Assembly (NCBI GenBank): GCA_001643675.2
Contig: LSRY02000021.1
Coordinates: 1,302,001-1,366,000, forward strand
Direction: 5' to 3'
Source: Monocercomonoides exilis PA203
Lineage: Eukaryota > Protista > Preaxostyla
Length of the DNA: 64,000 bases
Shown: one piece after another, positions 9,956-21,900 of the stretch
Layout: every line of letters starts with the position of its first letter
Position numbering within the stretch: position 1 is the stretch's first letter
Position numbers and translations under genes: made by a program
The notes under the pieces: model-generated
Seen by the model: only the letters and a program-made list of their open reading frames with translations
What the model was told of the DNA's origin: nothing
The model's database searches: none

Positions 9956-12900
9956 ATGAAAACGGTTTTTGATGTTTCTCCAAAGGAAGTTTGGTTCAAT
10001 GACTTTGAAAATGGAGAAACATACACAAAGCAGATTGTTGTACACAACTCTTCTCTTCAGACCCGACAGCTTAGAGTTCTAAAGCCACACCATAATGAAT
10101 TTCAACTCAAAAATGTTAATCAAAATATTTCAATTGCCCCAGGATTATCGTATTCGTTTCAAATTACATTTTGTACATTTGATGATTTGATTTTTGATGA
10201 TGAACTTGTATTACATTCTGAATCAATATTTCGATCAAATGAAAAGGATCAATGGACTTTTCGCCTTCCACTTCATGCACGACTTCCATCTCCAGACATC
10301 AGATGGGATCCAATAATAGATTTTGGATCAGTGAGCAGTGGATCGATTCCATCTGGATATCTTCGCATTTGGAATGCTGGAACCAGACAAGGTTCATTTC
10401 GATTCATCATTCCTCCAGACTCACCGATTCGAATCCTTCCTCTTGGAGGAACATTATCGCCAATTGATGAAGAAGGTCAAATGATTTTAGCAATGGGGGA
10501 TTTTGAAAATTCAACATTTCAGACAACACAAGGAAGTACAATGTATTTGACTGAAAGTCAGACAACTTCTCAAAGTGATCTATTCAGCACGATTGAAACA
10601 AAAACACAGAAAAGAAGAGGAGAACTTACAGAATTCACTCATTCCGCATCGGCGACAGCAACAGGCACCTCTTCCTTCAGTCAATCAAGCGTTTTGCGTG
10701 CTCGTGTTGAATTCAATGCACAGAAAACAGGAGAATTTCATTGCGAAATCGAAGTGGAAGCTGAAACAAAGATGGAAGAAAAACTTCTTTATATAAAAGG
10801 AACAGTTGTACAACAGCGAGTAAAACTGGCACTTCGCACCTCTCCTGCATGCCCACTCACTCAGCTGAACTTTGGCAGTCTTTTTTATGGAGAAAATAAA
10901 ACAGTAGAAGCGATCTTGTCGAATACAGGTCCTCAAAAATGCTCATTTGCCCTCTCTCAACATTCGAAGGAGCTGCAGCTTCTTGTTTACTCGATTAATA
11001 ACACAGAAATTGATGGAACAAGTTTTGCAGGCTCAATAACCAAATCCACCACAACAAACGTAAATTCTTCAACATCTCCTCAAATACCAGAATTTGGAAA
11101 ATCAAAATCACGAGGAAACACAAGAGCCAGCGCACGTGATGAAAAATCAAAAGACAGATCATTGAATCTCGATCGCAGCTCAAGCGACGGGATGCGGCAA
11201 GAGTTATCTCATGTGGCAGACAACGATGAAGATCCATTCTTGAGTGGAATGCCACCTCCAATGAAAAGAATAACACCCCGCGACTCCACAGAAGGACCAT
11301 CTCCCTTCACAGAACTTATCTCTAACAGGTCGAATTGCAAGCACATTGCAGTGACGCCCACCATCGGATCAATACCCCCCTTCGGCTCAGTCACTCTTTC
11401 GTTTGCCTTCAATCCACCGCCGCTTTCTCTCACCCGTGACATTTTCCCGGGGCAGCACATTGAAGGCGAATCCGTGAACCTGATGATGACAATGGATGTG
11501 GCAGAAACTGGGCAGAAGATGTATGTCTCATTGAACGGTACAGTTACTCAGCCTCTTGTTGTGCTGGACAAAGAAACGATTGACTTCGGCGACTGTTTTC
11601 TGAACGATCGGGCAGATGTGCTTTTGCGCATCCGAAACGACACGGAGAATCTGCCTGTTTCGTTTGCCTTTGGAAAGATCGCCTTCGTTTCAGCTAAGCC
11701 AGCGGAGGGAAAGCTGAAAAGTGGAGAAACAGCAGTCGTGCGCGTCACTTTTTCGCCTGCACAGCTGGGTTTCCTTTCAAGCAAGCTTCCTATCAAACTG
11801 TGCGGTGGTGTGAAAACCATCTATGTAAGCTGCACGGGCCATACCATTACTCCAATCCCTGCCACCATTTCCCTCTCCTCCACGCCTGTGCCTGGGGCAA
11901 TGACAAAGAATTTTTCGAGTCCAGGCTCTTCAAGGCTGTTAACTCCTTCTGTAGCATCACGGGGGCTCAGTCCTTCATATTCTTCACATCCACGTAGTTC
12001 CAGCACAGGGGCATCTTCATCTCCAGCTCACAGTTTGTTTTCCGGCGGGTCTCCGTTCGCGAAGAATAAAACGCAAGTTGCGAAGTCTGTTGCGGAATCA
12101 AAGCCCAGCACCGCAACGCTGCTTCGGAGGCAGATGCGGAGTGCCAGCGTAGCTGCCACAGGCGGAGTGACTGTCGCTACGCCAGGCGATTTCCAGCATA
12201 AAAGAACGTTTGCCGCGGGAACACTGCGCTCGTTCAATGAGTTCCAAGACTCTCCTAACTTTGTTGATTCTGACAATGCGTTATCGTCTTTGCTATTTGG
12301 CGAGAACAAAGGGAAGAGAAGGAAAGACAGTGAAGACGAAGACGGACAAGGGCCAAATCCATTTGCTTTGAAGAGGCGTCCAGCCACATCTGCATCAACA
12401 TTCCGGTCTCAATCGTCCCATCACCTGGGCAGACTTGGAAACGACCGAGACGGAGAACAGAGATTTGGTCTGACAAACAGAACAGGACGCTTTTCGTCTG
12501 CAACGCTGCACTCATCGCACAGTGTGCAAGGGATACGTGGGCTTTCGCCAGCAGAGAGGAGGATAAAGTACTTTCAGCTGCTGCAAGAGAAGCGCTCAAT
12601 GAGTGCACAGCGAAGTGCTTCACAACCATCTGAAATGAAGACGAATGAAATGCAAACAAAAACAAGAGATTTCACTGACAAGGCTGAGACGGATGAGGCA
12701 AACAAAGAGCATTATACACAATTCATCCGAACAAAACACATGGAACGGACGATGCAGCAAGCGAAACGAAGTGACGGTGCGTTGATTGTGAAGAAAGATG
12801 GGCTTCCGACGATTGTCCGTTTGAAAGGCATCCGCTCGAAGAGAAGCGACGAAGGAAATCTCGACATGACCGGAAGTATGAACATGGAGTTTGGATATGG

Positions 12901-15900
12901 CAATGGAGACGAAGGAACAGGCGACGAGCGAGACGTGGTGAGAACTGGCTATGACGCTTTCAACGATTCAGACCTGGGGCTGGCTACAGACCTGCTGGAT
13001 TCTGAAGCATCCGTGCCTCTTCTGTCTGAGTGCGTGCGCCCAGAGCGGGTCTTCCAGCTGAGTCAGCCTGGCACTGGAGGTGCAGCGGGAGGCAGGAATG
13101 GAGGACAGCAAGGAATGCTCAAGCCGAAAGTGCGGGCGCAACTGAGTGATGTTTTGAAGATAATAAAGCACAAATACAAAGCAGAGCCGACAACCGCAAT
13201 TGAATTCAAAGAGATCCGCTCGCAGCTGTCTGCCAGCGACATTGCGCTTCTGTCAATTGGAACTCGGATGATTGACTTTGGCAGAGTTTGCGTGTATTCA
13301 AGAACGGTTCGTTCGCTCAACATCGCAAACGACCTCCCTTCGAACGTGCGTGTTGGGCTTGCCATCACAAACCCAGAACTGCGACTCTCTGCGCCTCATT
13401 CGCAGATTGTGCCTCCTGGTGCGATGGCTGGCTTCGATATTGTCTTTCTTTCAGACGTTCCACAGTCTTTTTCAGCGCAGATACTTGTCCAGTGCAACGA
13501 GGCCAATGTATTCAATGTGGCTGTGAAAGCAGATGTGATCCCGATTTCCCTCGAACTGTCTTCAAACGAAGTCCAACTCGCATTTAACTCGTCCAATCTT
13601 TGCCGAAGCTGCGGGGAAACGATCCTCATCAACAATCCAGGCAACCATCCAGCCGACTTTGAGTGGGAGCGGGACGTATCATTGCCTTGCATTGAAGAAG
13701 GGTTGTACACAGACGGCGGCATGTTTGTGGAAGGCGAAGGGATCGACACCACAGCGCTGGTGCCTGTGGATCTCACGAAACAGCAGCTGCTTATGTTTGG
13801 CAGCCGGAACAGAGAGATGGAGTCGATTGTAGAGATTGAACAATCAACAATATCAACATGGGCTGCGATGGGGAAAAGTCGTGTTGACTTAACGAGCGAT
13901 TCCCAGGATGGCAAAATAATGAACGAAAGCAAAGTGAGTGAAGCGAAAATGACCACAGAACAGCAGGCGGAAGAGCTTGAGCCTATGCAACACACTTTGC
14001 GAGCAGACAACTTCTTCATCACTCCACAGCGAGGAACAGTTCCAGCATTTGGATCTGTTGCTGTGCACATCACGTTCGATCCAACATCGCTGCCTGCACC
14101 TCCTCCGTCATCGATGCAGACTTCTTCTGCTTCTGCCTCTTCTTCTTCTTCTTCGTCGCACCAATCCCATCTGCAAACAGCTCTGTTCACGATGCATGTT
14201 GACGGAGGTGCGGATCGGAATTTGCGTGTGTTTGGAGAAGTGGCAGAAGGGAAAGCGGAGTTTGTGGAGAAAAGTATTGACTTGGGACAGTTTGCAGTAG
14301 GAACAGAAGCAGTGCGTCATGTTACACTGAAATGCATTGGAAAGCAAGATGCTGTCTTCTTTGTCGAAAACACCAAGAAAAAGAAAGCCGAGAAAGAGCA
14401 AAATGAAACAGATGAGGCAGCTGAACCAGACAAAATTGAAGGAGAAAAAGAAGAGGAAAAAGGAGAGATAACAGTTACACCAGAGATGGGTGTGATATCA
14501 GCTGGCTCGCAGCAGATGCTGACAGTGCGTGTTTGCTCGCACCGCGCCCAGAAAATAGCGGAGACGGTCACTTTGTCCATCCGAGGCGGCGCGGAGGCAC
14601 TCCTCAAAGTGGCAGCAGAAGCGGTGGAGCCACTGGTGGAGATTGTGGAGCAGAACACCGACTTTGGCGAAGTGGTCGTAGGAAACAACAGAAAGCGCAG
14701 AATAACACTTGCTAACAGCGGCAATATTGCAGCTGTGCTTTTCTGCGATCTCTCTAACAAGCCAGAGTTCACACTCAGTCAAATAAGCAATGCGTCTCAG
14801 CGGCTTCCCACTCCTGCCACGCCAACAGCGTCTGCCTCAATAACACAAACACCTCGTATGCGCCCGCTCTCATCACGCTCTTCTGTTACATCGAGAACAG
14901 TTTCATCTCCGTTTGCTTCGCAGTTTAATCAGCCAATTCCACTTGGAGCACAAGCAACAACACGCACTCCTCTTCCGCCTGACCAAAGCAGCATTTACAA
15001 GCCCAACAACAAACAAACAGCATTCTCTCACGATCAGCTGCCGGGGAATCGGGGAAATTTGCTGACGGCTATTTCTCCGTCGTTCATCCCGCAGGATGTT
15101 AGAGCGGCGATAGCAGCACGGAGAAGAAAGAAAGGAGAAGGCAATGGTTTTGATGATGGAGAGGATGGGAATGCGGACAGCGACAAGTATGCGTTTGACG
15201 ACGACAGTGATGATGTGGCTGAAAAAGCACAGGCAGCTCACATTCGAACGCTTTCTGTGACGACGACACTTCAGAACACAAAGGATGCACTCCAAAGAGC
15301 AATCCAAAGCGAATCTGAGCGAGAAAGGAAGAGGAAGAGAAAGAAGCGGAGAAGAAGAAGAAAGGGGAGTAGAGGGAGCGAAATAGAAGGGAAAGAAGGA
15401 ACAGGAGCATTTGGAGAATTTAGCAATATTTCAGACGGCGAAGACAGCAGCACCTCTTCACAGACAGATCGCTCACTCTTCTCTAAAAGCAACTCAGAAT
15501 GGGACGAAGACTCCAGCTCAGAAGAAGAAGGAAATTCCGCGTCATATCAGCCGCTGAACGCGACTTCTCGAACAATGAACACACAATCCACACAAAACAG
15601 GCCAGGTACAGCTCTTTCACGTCTCTCCACAAGTTCTACTGGAACTGCTGCAAAGTCAGCTTCAGGTGCAGCGGGATCTGCGTCTCAGCCTTCGCAGTCT
15701 TCTCTTCTGAGCACCATTTCCTCCTCCACAACAATATCAGACGTGTGGGGCAAATGGAACGGGATGGGTGCATTCAAGTCGTATGAAGTGCCATTGCAAG
15801 GCTGCGAGGACTATTTGGCAATCCACCCCGAATGCAGCCAGCTTCCCAGCTTTTCTCGTCCGGTGCTGCCAAACAATGCTCCGCTGAAAGGCACCCGCAT

Positions 15901-18900
15901 TGCCGAGCCACCGTTTGCACTGATGTCGCAGAACGTGCAGCAGGAGATGCTGCGGATGGGAGGAAGCAACACCCACAGGAATAGCACAGACGATTTGCTT
16001 CTGTTGGATCCGAAGCAGACGATGCAGCACAAGAAGAGGAAGAAGAGAGAGTTGGAGATGTCAACAATTGAAGAAGTGGAAGAAGAAGAGAGGAAAGAGA
16101 AGAGTTCGCACAGAGGCTCCAGCGGAAAAGACGGCAGAACAACACACAGATCAAAGCACGGAAGAAAGCATCGACACCATCTCTCAGGCTCTCCATCTGC
16201 TTCACATCATCGAAGGAATTCATCCAAACGCAATTTTGGCTCTGCTGGTGCAGATTCCGCAACAACATTATCTTCACGCGCTGCAAATTCTTCTTCATCA
16301 TCTTCTCCTTCAGAACTAATCACATCTTTGGAAGAAGCTCAAAACTTAACAGCATATCGCATTGAAATTCAACCTCAATCTTCCCTGATTCTCGAACTTA
16401 TATACACTGCTGCTGAAATCGGAGAGCACGAGTTCTCTTTCTTCTTCCTTTTGTCTGCTGCGCAGTCTGAAAGCGCCACAACTTCACTAACTCGCGCAGT
16501 CTTCGCACGGGGAGTGCCGCCGCGTCTGATTGTGACTCCGCGGGTGATTGAGTTCGGTGCTCGTGTAGTGTCTACGCTCTCCAAGCCTCTCCACAAAGAG
16601 GTCGTCCATCTCCTCAACTGCGAAAAGACTCCGCTGCACTGGTCGGTGCGGAACGAGGAAGAAATTGATGGTGTCACCAATGTGTTTCAGATCAATCCAA
16701 CAGAAGGTACGTTGGCAGCAGGGCAAGAAGAAGACGTTGTGATCACATTCCACCCGACTGAGCTGAAGGCGTACTCTGCCACACTTCCTATCCACCTCAA
16801 TGACGATCCAATTGAATACTGCCAGCTCGAGCTGTCTGCACTGGGTGTTCCTCCTCTTCTCATCTTTGAGCCAAGAGAGATTGTTATTCCACCAGTGCCA
16901 CTCGGTTTCACATCAGTCGCTCGTGTTGTTATCAGAAATGTGGGGTATGAGAGTGTGGATGTGACGGCACAGCCGCCTGCTGACTCTGCGCTGCTTCCTT
17001 TGCGTGTCTCATTTCCTGATGGAAACACGCTCACTATCAACAAACAGACACTTACTGCAGAAATATCCTTCGTTTCCTCAAAAACAACTTCATTCTCCAC
17101 CACAATCAACTTTTTCGATTCCTTTGCGAACTCCTTCCCACTGGTTGTGCATGCAGCATCCGATAACGATATTCTTAACACAACTGGCTATCTCCTCAGA
17201 ACGTTCTCACTCAACCGCATTGTCCAAGACAAGATTGACAGCATCCCTCAGCTGAAGGAAAGTGCACTGTGCTCAGAGCAGACCGCCCATGCGGCTGGTC
17301 ATTTGGGAAGATACGGACTCAAACAAGAGAGTAACGAGAAGGCGAAAACAGATGAGTCGAAAAACGGAGAAGCTGATGAACAATTATTAACAGTAACAGA
17401 TCAGACACAAAACAGATCGAAATCACCAACAACTTCAATTCTATCGAGCACTTCCACTTCTAGTGGATTGCCTTCCTCCTCCTCCTCCTCCTCCTCTTCT
17501 TCTTCGTCAGCAAGCACATCAACTCAGCAGCAAGAAACAAGCCAGCTCAATTCGACGAGTCAGATGACTGGCGCGATGACTTCGTCACTTGCCTCATCTT
17601 CATTCACAATGTCTTCCAATGCACCTCAATTCTGCCTGCCTGCCATTCCTTCTTCACTTCCAAATGTGCTTCTTCGCTTTCTGAACTCATTTTTCCTCAT
17701 TTCTCAAATCGCCTCGTGGCCTGGCTCGATAGTCGAACAGTATGGCATCCCCTTGTTTGAGTCACTGGAGCACTTATATGGACAGGAAATACCTGGGAGA
17801 CTAACCCTCGAAAAGATACATGCTGCCTCCACTTCATTCAATCCCGAAGTTTTGAAGCCACATCAGTCCATTTCATGTGTTATTTCTTCCTCTTCCTCTT
17901 CTTATTCTTCAACAAGTGGATTTTCTACCTTCACTTCAACACCTTTAAGCCCCACTGCTTCTATCAGTTCCGCGCAACCATCCACCACTTCGATGCTATC
18001 CGTCTCCATACCAAATCCATCTTCTTCATATTTGCCTCCTTCTTTTGGCGCCATTTCACCCACATCCTTCATTTCATCTCTTTCCAGACCATCCACACAG
18101 TCATCAATGCGAGGTTCACAGAAGAGCGTCTACACACAAATGTTCCCAATTGACTCATCATTCGCCCAATCTGCCACAAAGGGCATCCAACTCCTGCAAC
18201 AGCTGACTTCTCGCACTGTTCCACACAGCGAGTATCTCCGAAAGCTACTGTCACATTTTGATTCCGTTCTCCTATTTCTCCGAGAGCATGGCGCAGCACT
18301 TCCTGGTTTGAAGGCAGAGTATTTACTAAGCTACACTGACTTTGTTCGCTTTGCAGCAGATAATTTCTCCGCTTCTCTATTTGAGTACCCGCCCCCGGAT
18401 TACAACAAAGTGCTGTTTGCCTTCCAACAGAGCGAAGAGCTGCAGCAGACGTTTCAGATAGTGTCTCTGAATGCATGGACCTTCCTGACGTTTCAAGTGC
18501 TGAAGATGTTCCTGTTCTCCAAGTTGAATGCAAAGAAGTTCAAACAGACACCAGGCATTGCGTTTATGAAGGAAGTGAAGGAGGAAGACGAGATGCAGTC
18601 GAAAAGAAGCAGAGACAGCAGGCCAACAAGCAGCATAGGCACAAAATCCCGCATTTCACCAAAGACGGTAACTGTTCAATCTTCAAAGGCATCTGGCAAG
18701 ATGGGATTGAATGCTATTTCTCCTTCACTTTCTGGTAAATCTGCAACTGATGCGTCAAATGCAAGCAAAGACAGTAAGATCACTGATAGAAGTTCAATCA
18801 AAGGATTTAAACCAGCAACAAAAGCAAGTCTTAATCAGCAAGAAAATAACATTTCTTCTGGGAAAGCCGCAACAACTCAAAGAAGCACGAGCCCAGGCGA

Positions 18901-21900
18901 TGCAGGAAGGATGCGAGCTTCGCTCATTGTTGCGCAGCCATTTGACTTGCTTGTTGCCAACAAAACGCTCAGCCGAATCAACAGCTCGAATGTTTACTCA
19001 TCTGCACAGGTGCTCCTCCTGCGGTGGATTTCGTATCATACGCTAAGAAACGCACCCCGAAGACGTTCTTTTGTGACGAACTACTCGTCTGATTTATCAG
19101 ACGGTGTTGCGCTTCTGACACTCATTAAAGCACATGCACCATTCTTGCACTTCCATTTGTATGAATCTCCGAAGAACGAAGAAGAGAGAATGAAAAATGC
19201 AAGAAATGTGGTAGCGTCTGTGAAGCAACTGGGCATTCAGTGTCTCGTGAATGAATCGGACATCATTCATCCTGATCCGCGCAGCCTATTTCTGTTTATC
19301 TATTCGCTCTATCAAACCCTTCCTTTCTGTGTACCGCAGACAATTGTTGATATACCTGCATGCGCAGGTGTAGCTTCAACACAGATGGTAACAGTGAACA
19401 ACTCAGGCCATCGCACCATCACATACGCACTGCGCATCGAAGGCGAAGGGAAAGAGGACTTCAGCACAGACATTGACTCAATCACAATCGAGCCGGAGTC
19501 GAGTGAAGATATCGCAGTGACGGTGAGGCCCAGATTCTCAAAGACAACTCATGCTGTTTTGTTCCTGTTGCCAAAGAATAACACAGGACTGCAAACTCCT
19601 CCTCTGTCGTTCCGTCTCAAAACAAGCGTGCTTCCACCACAGCCAATTGCGAAATACTCAGTCGCTGCTCCTTTGTATTGCACTGCTTTCACAGAAATTA
19701 AGATCACAAACCCGTTTCTGTCAGAGTGCACGCTTATTGCGAAGCTGTTGAGACCAAAAGAGAAAAAAACTGAGGATAATAAAGAAAATCCAAATGTTAG
19801 GAGTAACATTTCCTCTCAGGCTCCGATGAATAAAAACGTAAAACCAACACAAAGTCGAAAGAATACATCGTCTTCATTGGATGGACTTCTTGGAATTTTG
19901 GAAGGAATATCAAACGACAAGCAAAATGATCAAAAGAAAGATGTAAATGAACAATCTGATAGCAAAAAACTGGTGAGAAAAGGGTCGCACTCAAGAAACG
20001 GATCAGCATCTGTAATTTCATCTCCAGCTGCTCTATCTGCATTCAACATTGTTGTTCCTCCAGAAGTGAACATTGGCTCAAACATCGATTACCTTCCCTT
20101 CAGAATACACGCCTCACAGTTCACACTCCCAATTGGCGCATCTGTCGCACTTCAGGTCCGCTTCTCACCAGTCAGCTTGGGTTTGCAGAAGTGCCAGATA
20201 TTCTTCCGCGATGATCAGCAGGGCGAGTTCACCATCGAGATTGAAGGGATAGCCACAATGCCGGAACCCGCAGAAGTGGTTACAATTACATCCGTAGTTG
20301 ACAAGAGCACAACACACGATATGCTTGTGAGCGCCAGAAACAGAAACTTTGATGCATTGCGTGGAGAAGTTGCTACATTCGACAAGGCTTTGTTTGCATC
20401 GTCGCCTAAACAGGGTGAGTTGGTGCCATACAAGGTGGAACTTTCGTCGTCTGCATTCACTGCTCCAAAAGAAATCAACATTCCGTTTGAATCAGCACCT
20501 ATTGTTGAGAAGAAGAAAGCCAATGACAGAGACTCATCTGTGGGTGGCAGCTCATTACTTACGTCAACAACAACTGGAATTGTGGGGAATATAATTCGTC
20601 TGCCTGTCACATTTGCACCAAAGGCGCTTGGCGAATACCGCTGCAGACTTCTACTTCGGTCAGCATGGGACATGCGTGTGTTTGAACTGAAAGGAATTGC
20701 GCAAGCGCCTGGAATCCACGGGTCTCTTGAGATGGTCACGGCAGCCAGACATCCAATCAAGCAGGAAATACCAATTGTCAACAACACAATCACAGAATGG
20801 TTCATCAAAGCGCAGATCAATCCAACGAACGGGCAGTGCGGTGTTGGGTACAATATGGTGTTTTCAGGGCCTGCCTCAATTCGAATACCAGGGAAATCAA
20901 CTGTGTGCTATCCACTTCTCTTCAATCCACGAAAGGCGTGTGAAGCAACCGCAGAGCTGGTCATGTGGAACACATCGCTCCAAGCAGCCTCTACAAGTTC
21001 TTCCTCTTCATCACCATCGCCTTCGGTTGGCGCTGAGAAAACAGTTTATACAATCAAAGGAATCAGCGATGATCCACTTCCTGAAGGTACACTCACATTC
21101 GATTGCATTGCACGACAAGAGATCAAACAGGCAATCAAAGTGCCTGCCATCACATCGCACCTTGCTTCTCGATACAGTGTGATATGCGATGTTTCCTCCT
21201 GCAGCGGAGCTTCTACACTTGTTGCATATCCGGTTGACTATTCTCCGGAAAGCGCTGCAAATGTTCTTTTTGCTGGTGAAGATGATGCAAAAATACAGAA
21301 AGACAGACAAAGATCAAATTCAGTTTCTGCCAGATCATCTCCAATCAATTCTCCAAAAGCACAATCAAGCTCTTTTTCAGAGCAAGCTTTCGAACAGCCT
21401 GTTTCTTATACTGGCTTTGCAGATTACGAACTGACAATATTTAGTCCGCATTCAGGGATTGAAGAAGGAAAGCTTCTGTTTTCAACCGATGATGGAGAAT
21501 GTGTCTGGTGGAAGGTGAGAGTGGAGTGCAAGCAACCTGCCATTGAAGAAAGCATTTCTGTCCAGACAATTGTGCGCCAGCCTGTTTCTGTAAGCATCTC
21601 GTTGTTTAATCCAAGTGAAGAGCGAGTGACATTTAATGTGTCTATTTATGGAACGAATGCTCTGACGGGACCCGAAGAGATGCTCCTGGATCCATTTGAA
21701 ACAGGGTCATATCAACTGATATATGCTCCGATTGAACCAACTCTGCTTTCAGCTGCTGAAAAATCTCGATCCAATCGAAGGAGTTCGACTCCTGGCACAC
21801 CATCACAATCATCACGCGAACATTCAAATCCATCTTCCCCTAGAACACATTCACCATCATCGCATGGTTCGTCTTCTCCGTCCACGCCTCGCTCCTCTGT